Shown piece by piece: positions 1 through 8,099 of a stretch of DNA of 12,219 nt. The stretch is from NCBI GenBank assembly GCA_045862955.1, contig BTVI01000065.1:1-12219 (forward strand), in the 5' to 3' direction. The notes beneath the pieces are model-generated. The model searched no databases. It was given only the letters and a program-made list of their open reading frames with translations, and was not told the origin of the DNA. Position 1 is the stretch's first letter. Every line of letters starts with the position of its first letter. This DNA is from Fimbriimonadales bacterium (lineage in GTDB: Bacteria; Armatimonadota; Fimbriimonadia; Fimbriimonadales; JABRVX01). The position numbers and the translations under genes are program-made.

Positions 1-126
1 ACCCGGCTACGCACGCAGACCATACCCCATTCTCCCACACCAGTCGTCTGCTCGGGAAGCGCCTCTCCACTCCGCCACCGAAGCATCCAGATGCGGTGTT
101 GGAAGCTTACGTCTGAAGCCAGAATC

Positions 127-202
127 TGGCTCCTCGGCGTGGACTCGAACCACGGACCCGCTGATTAACAGTCAGCTGCTCTACCAACTGAGCTACCGAG
201 GA
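127..202 (-). tRNA. tRNA-Asn (anticodon GTT), 76 nt with encoded CCA
   Basis: Reverse complement reads TCCTCGGTAGCTCAGTTGGTAGAGCAGCTGACTGTTAATCAGCGGGTCCGTGGTTCGAGTCCACGCCGAGGAGCCA: acceptor stem TCCTCGG/CCGAGGA, D arm, anticodon stem GCTGA/TCAGC with loop CTGTTAA, GGTTCGA T loop, 3' CCA. Confidence 0.98.
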
Positions 203-438
203 GCGTCACCTTGGCCGTCTATCGGTCGGCGGCCACTACCTTCTTCATTCGGACGCAGGCGGCCAACACCTCAGGCCTCGCCCTGCTGCCTGACTACGGT
301 ACCGACGCCGCAGCGCCCGGGTGGCGAGCGGCCTCCGGCTCCCGACGCAGGCGCCGAAGCAGCGCGACGGGGCCGCAGCGTCCCCGTTTCTGGGCTGCCT
401 CCGTGCCCGCCCGACCCTGGAAACGGTTCCGAAACGCA

Positions 439-467
439 ATTCTACCCCCGGTTGAGCCTGGCGTCAA
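439..467 (-). promoter_or_regulatory. sigma70-type promoter pointing toward tRNA-Asn
   Basis: Minus strand TTGACG (467-462), 17-nt spacer, TAGAAT (444-439). Near-consensus boxes with ideal spacing in a GC-rich background. Confidence 0.75.
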
Positions 468-518
468 CTGGAATCTGGACAGACCCGGTTACAGGACTCG
501 CGTTGACGGAGGGTGGTT

Positions 519-1592
519 CTAAGCGGTGCGGCGGCGGCGCGTGCGGTTCATCACGTAGGCGATGACCTCGGCCACCGCCTCGAACAGCGATGATGGCACG
601 GTGTCCCCCACCTCGCACAGCTTGTAGAGGGACTGCGCGAGCGGCGGGTTCGGGATGACCGGCACGCCCCACTTGCGCGCGTCGTCGCGGATACGGAGTG
701 CCATCAGGTCCAGGCCCTTCGCCACCACCTGCGGCGCGGACATGCTGAGGGCCTCATACTTCAGCGCCACGGCGTAGTGAGTTGGGTTGGTGACCACGGC
801 GTCGGCAGTCTTGACGGCCTGCATCATGCGTTGTCGTGCCAGCTGTGCTCGGCGGCGCGCCATTGCCATCTTCAGCTCGGGGCCTTGCTCCATCTCGCGC
901 AGCTCGCGTTTCACCTCGTCCTTCGTCATCATGAGCTGCTTATCCATCTGCTTTCGCTGAAACCAGTAGTCGAATACAGCGAGTATCAACCACAATACTC
1001 CCACGCGCAGCAGCACCGAGGAGACGATGCCCGCCACCACACTCACCGCTACCATCGGCTCCAACGAACCAATCCCTTGCAGCACATCCATCTGACCGCG
1101 TATGGTGGTGAAAGCGACGTAACCTATCAGTCCCGTTTTCACGACGGCCTTCAGTCCCTCGACGCCTGCCCTCATGCTGAACATGCGCTTGAGGCCGCTG
1201 ATCGGGTTCAGGCGGTCGAACTGCGGGTTGAGCGGCTCGCCGGAGACCACGAATCCGACCTGCAGCAGATTAATGGTAACGCCGAACGTGACACCTATCA
1301 ACATGAGTGGTGCAAGGGCTACGAGCACGGGCCCTACCGCAGGCAGTATACGTGATGCAATTTCTCCCACCGTAACCGGTGCCGGTTGTGCAGAAGCGAT
1401 CGAGGTGCGGGCACAGTCGAGCAGTGCCTGCACGAGCGCCGACCCTAACAGCGGGAAGAGCAACACGAAGGCGAGGAAGGTGACTGCAGACGACAGTTCG
1501 GGCGAGCGTGCCACCATGCCCCGTCGTCGCGCCTCCCTGCGACGCTTCGGTGTCGCTTCCTCGGTGCGTTCGCCCGCGGCCTGCTCCGGCAA
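519..1592 (-). CDS. flhB: Flagellar export gate / substrate-specificity switch protein FlhB (357 aa, TTG start)
   Basis: N-terminal ERTEEATPKRRREARRRG, hydrophobic segments, LMMTKDEVKRE, autocleavage motif TNPTHYAVAL, APQVVAKG, NPPLAQSLY. Confidence 0.97.
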   Translation of the reverse strand: MPEQAAGERTEEATPKRRREARRRGMVARSPELSSAVTFLAFVLLFPLLGSALVQALLDCARTSIASAQPAPVTVGEIASRILPAVGPVLVALAPLMLIGVTFGVTINLLQVGFVVSGEPLNPQFDRLNPISGLKRMFSMRAGVEGLKAVVKTGLIGYVAFTTIRGQMDVLQGIGSLEPMVAVSVVAGIVSSVLLRVGVLWLILAVFDYWFQRKQMDKQLMMTKDEVKRELREMEQGPELKMAMARRRAQLARQRMMQAVKTADAVVTNPTHYAVALKYEALSMSAPQVVAKGLDLMALRIRDDARKWGVPVIPNPPLAQSLYKLCEVGDTVPSSLFEAVAEVIAYVMNRTRRRRTA

Positions 1593-2369
1593 CTACGGCC
1601 CCCCCGCCGGTAGCAGTAGTTTGGCGATGGCATCGGAGCTGAGCTGCAGCGACTCGCGTACCCCCCAAAGCAGAACGGGCATTCCCACCATCACGCCGAA
1701 TAGTCCCAGCAGTATCTTGGCCGGAAAGCCCACGATCAGAACGTTGACCTGCGGCACAGCTCGAGAGACTGCGGCGAGCGATGCATCGGTGATGAATGCA
1801 ACGGTAGCGGCTGGCGCAGCAATCTGCAGGGCAAGCAGGAAGAGGCGATAGGTGGTATCTACCACAACCGCCTGCATCGTCTCGAGATGCGCCATGCCCA
1901 CAGCTGGTGTGTAGTAGTAACTCGCAGCCAGCGACTTGAAGACCAGATGATGTCCGTTCACCACCAGAAAGAGCGTCATCGCCATGTAGCCCTTCAGCTG
2001 GCCTAGCACCGAAACGGGAAATCCGCCTGGCGGGTTGAGCAGGCGCATGATCGCGAAGCCGATCTGCAGGTCAATGAAGTGACCCGCCGTCTGCGCTGCA
2101 AGCAGCACCACCTGCAGTAACGATCCGATCATCAGGCCGATGGCCGCTTCCTTCGCCATCGCGCCGATGAAGCTGAGGAAGTCGCCCGGCATCGTGCCGA
2201 TCCACGGACGCAAGGTCGGGGCCAGTGCTATTGCTACCATCAGTCCCAACCCCACGCGAACGCGCGCCGGAATGCCGAAGCCACCGAACACGGGCGTCGC
2301 GACCAGCAGCACACCACTGCGCACGAAGAGTAGTAGGAAGGCATACCCGAGCCGCTCGTCCAGCATCAT
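1593..2369 (-). CDS. fliR: Flagellar biosynthetic protein FliR (~258 aa)
   Basis: PVFGG..IPARVR, EAAIGLMIG, AGHFIDLQIGF, NGHHL, SRAVPQVNVLIVGFPAKI. Start reassigned to the ATG at 2369 (ATGA overlap with the fliQ stop); the adjacent ATG at 2366 is an alternative. Confidence 0.95.
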   Translation of the reverse strand: MMLDERLGYAFLLLFVRSGVLLVATPVFGGFGIPARVRVGLGLMVAIALAPTLRPWIGTMPGDFLSFIGAMAKEAAIGLMIGSLLQVVLLAAQTAGHFIDLQIGFAIMRLLNPPGGFPVSVLGQLKGYMAMTLFLVVNGHHLVFKSLAASYYYTPAVGMAHLETMQAVVVDTTYRLFLLALQIAAPAATVAFITDASLAAVSRAVPQVNVLIVGFPAKILLGLFGVMVGMPVLLWGVRESLQLSSDAIAKLLLPAGGP

Positions 2370-2635
2370 GGGGCGTTGATAGGAATGTTGGAGAAGGTGT
2401 GAACCGTGAAGGTGACGATCTTGTTCAGCATCCACCCGCCGAAGACCGCGAGTACGATCATCACCGCGATGATCTTGGGCACGTAGCTAAGGGTCATTTC
2501 CTGAACCTGTGTCACGGCCTGCAGAACGCTAATGGTCAGACCTACCACCAGACCCGCCGCCAAGATCGGCATGCTCAGCATCATTGCCACCATCAGCGCG
2601 TTCCTGCCGATATCGAGTGCTGCGCCTTCCGTCAT
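2366..2635 (-). CDS. fliQ: Flagellar biosynthetic protein FliQ (89 aa)
   Basis: GLVVGLTISVLQAVTQVQEMTLSYVPKI signature. Confidence 0.97.
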   Translation of the reverse strand: MTEGAALDIGRNALMVAMMLSMPILAAGLVVGLTISVLQAVTQVQEMTLSYVPKIIAVMIVLAVFGGWMLNKIVTFTVHTFSNIPINAP

Positions 2636-2644
2636 ATCTCGCCC

Positions 2645-3418
2645 CTATCGGAACCCCGTGATCAGTGTCTGGATCAGCACGCTCCACCCATCGGCGAGAA
2701 GAAATACTAACACTTTGGCCGGCAGTGAGACGACGACCGGTGGCATCATCATCATTCCCATGCTCATAAGGGTGCTCGCGACTACCAGATCGACCACGAG
2801 AAACGGTATGTAGATGTAGAAGCCGATGATGAACGCCGTTTTCATCTCGCTGACGATGAAGGCCGGTATCAGTGTCAGCATAGACAGGCCGCTGCTGTCC
2901 TTCGGCGCAGGCTCTTTCCTCAGGTCGAGGAAAAGCTCGAGGTCCTTCGCATAGGTCTGCCGCAGCATGAACTCCTTCACCGGTGCCTGCGCGCGCTGGA
3001 TTGCCTGGTCGAAGGTGATGCTCTTTTGCATGTAGGGCTGGATGGCCTCGCGGTTCACGCGGTCATAGGTGGGCGACATCACAAAGAAGGTGAGGAACAG
3101 GCTGAGGCCGATCACGAGTTGGTTAGGTGGTATGTTCTGGGTGCCGAGTGCGCTTCGGAGAAAGCTGAGGACAATCACGATGCGCGAGAACGCCGTAGTC
3201 ATGATCAGGATCGCGGGTGCCAGGGACAGCACCGTAAGCATCACGAGCAGTTTGACGGTCACCGCTACGTCTTCGGGCTGTGATGCCTTGTCCATGCCAA
3301 TGCTCAGCTTGGGCATGGGGAGATCCTGGGCTGCAACCACGCACACCCCAGCGGCAAGCCCCAAGACCAGTATGAAGCGTAGCACCCAGCCACGCGCTGC
3401 TAGGACCCGTAGGCGCAA
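2645..3418 (-). CDS. fliP: Flagellar type III secretion pore protein FliP (257 aa, TTG start)
   Basis: LSLAPAILIMTTAFSRIVIVLSFLRSALGTQNIPPNQ, LIPAFIVSEMKTAF, MGMMMMPP M-loop, LADGW, N-terminal signal peptide; purine-rich RBS GAGGAGAGAGGA. Confidence 0.97.
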   Translation of the reverse strand: MRLRVLAARGWVLRFILVLGLAAGVCVVAAQDLPMPKLSIGMDKASQPEDVAVTVKLLVMLTVLSLAPAILIMTTAFSRIVIVLSFLRSALGTQNIPPNQLVIGLSLFLTFFVMSPTYDRVNREAIQPYMQKSITFDQAIQRAQAPVKEFMLRQTYAKDLELFLDLRKEPAPKDSSGLSMLTLIPAFIVSEMKTAFIIGFYIYIPFLVVDLVVASTLMSMGMMMMPPVVVSLPAKVLVFLLADGWSVLIQTLITGFR

Positions 3419-3491
3419 TCCTCTCTCCTCACGGTCGCTCCCTGACCGCTTGGTCTGCGCCCCCGCGTCCGTGGGGGCGGTCGCTCGCTGT

Positions 3492-3974
3492 CTACTCCGA
3501 TATCAGGCTTTCGAGGCGGGCCGCGGCTGCCGAGACTCGCTCCCGAATGTCCATGCCTTCCAGGTGGTCTGCAAAGGGTCGCCGTTCGCCTTCATCCAAC
3601 TCCGTCAGCAGCTCGACGCTCGATGGCGTCACGCCTATCAGGAACTTGCGTCCACACGCTTCGATGATATGAATGCCCGCGGGGCCGACGTGCTGAGTCT
3701 CCACCACACGTAGCAACTCTCCCGCCGACTGGACACCGAGGCGCCTCGGCTTCAGCACACGTGGCAGTGCCCAGCGCACACCTACTACGACCGCCCCGAC
3801 TGCCACTCCCATCTGTACTAGGCTCCACCAGCCGATGCCATCCTGTGCTTTGTCGGGCGCGGTGCTGATCTCGGGTCGCGTCTGCGAGAGCACGTCTCCG
3901 CCGGCTTTGGGAGCCGACTGCCCGGCAAGCACGAGAGGCAGAAGTGCGAGTGCCAGCACGACGACTCGTATCAT
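3492..3974 (-). CDS. fliO: FliO/FliZ family flagellar biosynthetic protein (160 aa)
   Basis: Lies between fliY/N and fliP. Signal-like N-terminus, one TM segment, then [37 protein letters not shown], typical of the FliO beta region. ATGA overlap with the upstream gene. Confidence 0.88.
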   Translation of the reverse strand: MIRVVVLALALLPLVLAGQSAPKAGGDVLSQTRPEISTAPDKAQDGIGWWSLVQMGVAVGAVVVGVRWALPRVLKPRRLGVQSAGELLRVVETQHVGPAGIHIIEACGRKFLIGVTPSSVELLTELDEGERRPFADHLEGMDIRERVSAAAARLESLISE

Positions 3975-4885
3975 TCGCGATCCCCGAGCCTCTTCAGCCT
4001 GTCTATCGGACTCAGTATCTCGGTAACACGCACGCCGAAGTTGTCTTCGATCACTACCACCTCGCCTCGCGCCACTGCGCGGCCGTTCACTAACACGTCC
4101 ACGGGTTCGCCCGCGGCACGATCTAGCTCCACGATCGAGCCGGTTGCCAGCTCCATCACTTCCTTCGCCAGCATTCGCACTCGCCCCAGCTCGACGGTGA
4201 CATCGAGTGGCACGTCGAGTAGTATCTCGATGCTAGGGTCGAGTTGCGGTGCGGGCTGCGGTGCGAGTGCGGAACTCCCTGCTGTTGGGTAAAGCCCTTC
4301 TGCGGTGGGCGCAGTCTGTTGGTGGAGGTCGTCACCCACCGCGGCGATGGCCTCCAGGGTCGTGTCGTCCAGCAGCCAAGTCAAGCTTCCCTGCGCCCCT
4401 TCCGTGCGCCAGGTAATGGCCGTTCGCACGATGTGGTCGGCGACTTGGAGATTGGGAGGGAAGGCGAAGACCTGATAGCGTACCGTGACTCCCCCTGCGA
4501 TGAACGGCTCGTTGCGTAGCTGGCTGATTCCCAGGCACAGACCCTGCACGATGGCTTCCAGAGTCGGTCGGATCTCCTGAACCAGGTCGTCCGACATCTC
4601 ATCGATACCGCGGTCCAGCAAGGCCGAGGTGAACTCCACTGCCGAGTCCGGCGGGAATAGCACCACCTGCGAGTTGTCCGGTGTGTCCGCGAATTGGAAC
4701 TGCACCACGATTGCAGGGCCCTGGAGCTCGGTAAACAACTCCGTGGGCGAGCTGGTGGTGATCAGCGGCGTCTCGAAGCTGATGGTGCCGCCGGCCTGCT
4801 CGGAGACCGTAAGGGATACCGTCTGCCAGACCGGAGCCTGCAGTGCCGTAAACCGATCGACGTAATCGTTCAGATTATATGCCAC
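3971..4885 (-). CDS. fliN: C-ring switch protein FliN with long FliY/CheC-like N-terminal domain (304 aa, GTG start)
   Basis: C-terminal SpoA domain [49 protein letters not shown]; ~180-aa N-terminal domain; located directly after fliM. Confidence 0.9.
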   Translation of the reverse strand: MAYNLNDYVDRFTALQAPVWQTVSLTVSEQAGGTISFETPLITTSSPTELFTELQGPAIVVQFQFADTPDNSQVVLFPPDSAVEFTSALLDRGIDEMSDDLVQEIRPTLEAIVQGLCLGISQLRNEPFIAGGVTVRYQVFAFPPNLQVADHIVRTAITWRTEGAQGSLTWLLDDTTLEAIAAVGDDLHQQTAPTAEGLYPTAGSSALAPQPAPQLDPSIEILLDVPLDVTVELGRVRMLAKEVMELATGSIVELDRAAGEPVDVLVNGRAVARGEVVVIEDNFGVRVTEILSPIDRLKRLGDRE

Positions 4886-4895
4886 AGTGTTATCC

Positions 4896-5939
4896 CTACT
4901 CGGTTGCGCGTCCTGATATGGTAAATAGCAGTTTCCGTCCCGAAATCGCCGGCCGTCCGTAGAACTTCACGATGTTCCCGACCGTAAACTCCATGTCCTG
5001 ATCGGTCTCGCGGTCCAGCTTCAACACGTCGCCCACGTTGAGTGCAATAAAGTCCCGCACGGGGATGCGCGCACTGCCCAGCCGGACTGCGCAGGGCACG
5101 CCGACTTTGCCGATGTGAGCCGACCACATGGCGCGAGTGGTGCTGTTACCCCGACGCTCGCCCGCCGAGAACCACTTCTGAGCGTTCAGCTTCTGGGTGA
5201 TGGGCTTGAGCACCAGATAGGGAATGCACAGGCTCATCGCTCCTCGCTGGTTTCCCACCCGCACCTCGAAAAGAATCGTGATCACGATGTCGTTGGGAGG
5301 TGCGACCTGCACGAACTGTGTGCTCGTCTCCATCCCCTCGACGCCGGGACTCAGCATCACGATGCTCTCCCAGGACGACTTGAGAGCCTGAAAGAGCCGC
5401 TCCAGCACCTGCGTCACCAAGGGCCGCTCGATGTCGGTCAGGGTCGAGCGGTCGAAGCTCTTGCCGGTGCCACCCAACATGCGGTCGAGGATGGCGAAAA
5501 CTAGTGAGAACTCGATTTCCATCACCGCCTGGCCGGTCAGCGGAGGCAGGCTGATGATGGTGAACACCGACCGATTGATGGAAAGCAGGTATTCCTCGTA
5601 GGGGACCTGCTCCAGCGAGATGAGTTCGACCTGTGTGGGAGTGCGCAGGTAAGCCGATAGCGACGAGGTGGCCAGACGGGCAAAGGTCTCGTGGAGCATT
5701 TGTAGAGTCCTAAGCTGCTCCTTCGAGAACTTGTCGGGCCGCCGGAAGTCGTACACCTCGTAGGCGACGGTCCGTGTGCTCTGAGTGCCTGCGCCCGAGG
5801 CTGGGATGCGCGAGGATACAGGCGCACTCGCGGGAGCCGCGGGTGTCTCCGCCGCCTCGGCGTTTTGGCCGCCGGCTGCGTCTCCCTGCAGCTCCTTGAG
5901 CAGAACCTCGATCTCGTCCTGCGACAGAATCTCCGACAA
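4896..5939 (-). CDS. fliM: Flagellar motor switch protein FliM (~347 aa)
   Basis: CheY-P binding peptide [51 protein letters not shown]. The TTG at 5939 (MSEILSQ) is better spaced from the GAGGT RBS than the TTG at 5948. Confidence 0.96.
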   Translation of the reverse strand: MSEILSQDEIEVLLKELQGDAAGGQNAEAAETPAAPASAPVSSRIPASGAGTQSTRTVAYEVYDFRRPDKFSKEQLRTLQMLHETFARLATSSLSAYLRTPTQVELISLEQVPYEEYLLSINRSVFTIISLPPLTGQAVMEIEFSLVFAILDRMLGGTGKSFDRSTLTDIERPLVTQVLERLFQALKSSWESIVMLSPGVEGMETSTQFVQVAPPNDIVITILFEVRVGNQRGAMSLCIPYLVLKPITQKLNAQKWFSAGERRGNSTTRAMWSAHIGKVGVPCAVRLGSARIPVRDFIALNVGDVLKLDRETDQDMEFTVGNIVKFYGRPAISGRKLLFTISGRATE

Positions 5940-5982
5940 GTCGCCCAACCTCTCCGAGCGGCATAGGGCGTCTTAGCGGAGA

Positions 5983-6621
5983 TCAGGAGGTTGCGAACGC
6001 GGTGAAGTAGACGTTCAGCACCGGTCCGGAGGTTGCGTGTTCCCCGCCGTCCCGTTCTCCTGCAGCTTCGCCAGACGCGGCCTTGCCGCCGGGAGCTTCA
6101 CCCCCCTCTGGGGGGCGTTTCCCGTGGCTATTATCGGCGTGCTCCTGCCCGGTCTTCTCGCTCAGCACGCGATTTAGTCCGTCCACTAGCTCGCGCTTCA
6201 GCCTCAATTTGCCTTCGGGTGTGCCGATCTCTTCCGGCTGCTTCGCGGTCAGGATCGTGATGATGGTGTCCCGAATGGCAGCCATGTGTTCCTCGACCAG
6301 TTTCTCCGGTGCGCCCTCGGCAATACCGAGCGAGATCTGGCACTTGAAGAAGGTGCCGCCGTCGGCAAGGTTCACCAGGAACTCGTCCAGGGCTACGATT
6401 TTGCCCTCTTTGGGAGCTTCCGGCGCCTTCTCCTTCCCCCCCATCAGCTTCTTGGAGGCGAAGAAGCCTCCGCCCGCGAGTACTACGACCAGTAATCCGA
6501 TCAGCGCAATCTTGGGGATGCCCTTCTTCTTGGCGTCCTTACCTTTGGGTTCGTTGCCTTTTTGGCCACCCGATTGCGATTCCGATGCTTCCTTGGTTCC
6601 CTTGGCTTCCTCGTCGGCCAT
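5983..6621 (-). CDS. fliL: Flagellar basal body-associated protein FliL (212 aa)
   Basis: Lys-rich N-terminus, single TM ending LAGGGFF, LDEFLVNLAD, IRDTIITIL, EGKLRLKREL, C-terminal VLNVYFTAF. Confidence 0.93.
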   Translation of the reverse strand: MADEEAKGTKEASESQSGGQKGNEPKGKDAKKKGIPKIALIGLLVVVLAGGGFFASKKLMGGKEKAPEAPKEGKIVALDEFLVNLADGGTFFKCQISLGIAEGAPEKLVEEHMAAIRDTIITILTAKQPEEIGTPEGKLRLKRELVDGLNRVLSEKTGQEHADNSHGKRPPEGGEAPGGKAASGEAAGERDGGEHATSGPVLNVYFTAFATS

Positions 6622-6665
6622 ATCGCGTGGTCCTCCTCTGCTCGCCTGTGCGCCGTCGAATCGTC

Positions 6666-6694
6666 TGGGCGGGCCGCCGCAGGCGGCCCGCCCA
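6666..6694 (-). other. Perfect 13-bp GC stem-loop just downstream of the flgE stop
   Basis: tgggcgggccgcc-gca-ggcggcccgccca; no U-tract on either strand. Confidence 0.7.
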
Positions 6695-6702
6695 CCCGCG
6701 TC

Positions 6703-7995
6703 CTACCGTTTCATCGCCAGAAGCTCTTGCATCATCTCGTCCACCGTGGTGACCACCCGCGTGTTGGCCTGGAAGCCTCGTTGCGTGACGATCATCTCGG
6801 TGAACTCGTTTCCGATGTCCACGTTCGACTGTTCCAAGAACCCCGCGTGGAGCGTCCCGCGCCCGTTGGTGCCCGCGGTGCCCACCACGGCAAGTCCCGA
6901 GTTGTCCGTGTCTCTCAGCAGGTTCTGTCCCGTCCGCTCCATGCCGGCCGGGTTCGGGAAGATGGCGAGAGACAGCTGCCCCAATCGTCGCGTAAGGCCG
7001 TTCGTAAAGATGCCGGTGACTGCGCCGAGGCTGTCTATGTTGAAGTCAGCCAGCGACCCGGGAGGGAACCCGTCTTGGTTCGTCGCTTGCACCTGCATCG
7101 CCGTAGCGAGCGAGGTGATGCTGCGCAAGTTGAGCGAGACACTCATGGGTGCCGCGCCGTTCGAAGGCGTCAGGCTCAGGGTCTGGGTCAACGGCACCCC
7201 GTTGGTAGGATCGAGCACCATCGCGCCGTCCGAGTCGAAGTAGAGGCGCGAGTTTCCCGATGAGCTGTAGTCGGATACCAACGTGCCGTTCTCGTAGGCC
7301 GCCCACTCGAACGAAGCCACCGCCCCTGCCGGCGCGCTGCCAGCAGCAGGCGACTGCCGATTGGTGAAAACCAGATCGATTACGTGCGACTGCCCCAAGG
7401 AGTCGTAGATGCGCACCGAGGCCGTCCACGAGTCCGTTGGCTGCGCGGTGGCAGATAGGTTCCCCGTGTAGTCCACATTGGTCGTCTGCCTTACCGCACT
7501 CACCTGTCCGATGGGGATGATGATATGGCTAGACGGAGAGATGGGTGTCGTGGTGTCAACGACACCGGCCGAGTTGGCGCTCCATCCGAGCACTCGCTCC
7601 CCGGTGCCCCTGTGAACCAGCGAACCGGTGGCGTCGAAGTCGAAGCTGCCGTCCCTGGTATAGGAGACACGCTCCCCGTTACTGAGCATGAAGAACCCCG
7701 CACCCTCGATGGCGATGTCCGTGGGTCGGTTCGTCGCCTGCAGGCTCCCCTGGTCCTGGGTGCTCGCTGTCCCGGCCACGATCACGCCCAGGCCGAACTG
7801 CACGGGGTTCTTGCCTCCTAGTGTGGCGCTCGGTCTCAGTGCGCCACGGACCGTCTGGGATAGCATGTCCTGAAACGTCACCCGCGAGCTCTTGAACGAC
7901 GTGGTGTTCACGTTCGCCAAGTTGTTGCCGATGACGTTCATACGTGTCTGCTGAGCCCTGATGCTGGCCACTCCGGCCAATAACGCTTGAAGCAC
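6703..7995 (-). CDS. flgE: Flagellar hook protein FlgE (430 aa, GTG start)
   Basis: MNVIGNNLANVNTTSFKSSR, TDIAIEGAGFF, YTRDGSF, IYDSLGQSH (FlaE/D2 domain), LEQSNVDIGNEFTEMIVTQRGFQANTRVVTT; GGAGG RBS at 8009-8005. Confidence 0.97.
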   Translation of the reverse strand: MLQALLAGVASIRAQQTRMNVIGNNLANVNTTSFKSSRVTFQDMLSQTVRGALRPSATLGGKNPVQFGLGVIVAGTASTQDQGSLQATNRPTDIAIEGAGFFMLSNGERVSYTRDGSFDFDATGSLVHRGTGERVLGWSANSAGVVDTTTPISPSSHIIIPIGQVSAVRQTTNVDYTGNLSATAQPTDSWTASVRIYDSLGQSHVIDLVFTNRQSPAAGSAPAGAVASFEWAAYENGTLVSDYSSSGNSRLYFDSDGAMVLDPTNGVPLTQTLSLTPSNGAAPMSVSLNLRSITSLATAMQVQATNQDGFPPGSLADFNIDSLGAVTGIFTNGLTRRLGQLSLAIFPNPAGMERTGQNLLRDTDNSGLAVVGTAGTNGRGTLHAGFLEQSNVDIGNEFTEMIVTQRGFQANTRVVTTVDEMMQELLAMKR

Positions 7996-8099
7996 TGTTC
8001 GTTTCCTCCGCTTCAGCGCGCAATCGTCTCGGGCGTCTCCTCGTTTCGAGACCTCCGTGGGGACGGTGTCGGCCCCGTCGGTCCAGCCTCTACCACCCG

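Noticed and set aside
1..126. Possible integration (att) site after tRNA-Asn, hairpin at 76-98, and possible minus-strand gene start at ATG 23 behind GGGAG
   Set aside because: No integrase or duplicated tRNA 3' end is visible, the hairpin lacks a U-tract, and only 7 codons lie in the window, so none can be supported.
211..522. ORFs 211..522 (+) and 245..439 (-)
   Set aside because: No RBS and low-complexity Arg/Ala content; the minus ORF begins inside the -10 box of the predicted promoter.
2370..2435. N-terminal extension of FliR given by the ORF track
   Set aside because: It overlaps the fliQ coding sequence; the coupled ATG at 2369/2366 gives a normal-length FliR.
6083..7263. 386-aa and 233-aa plus-strand ORFs opposite fliL/flgE, and similar antisense ORFs elsewhere
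   Set aside because: Shadow ORFs of well-supported minus-strand genes in high-GC DNA.
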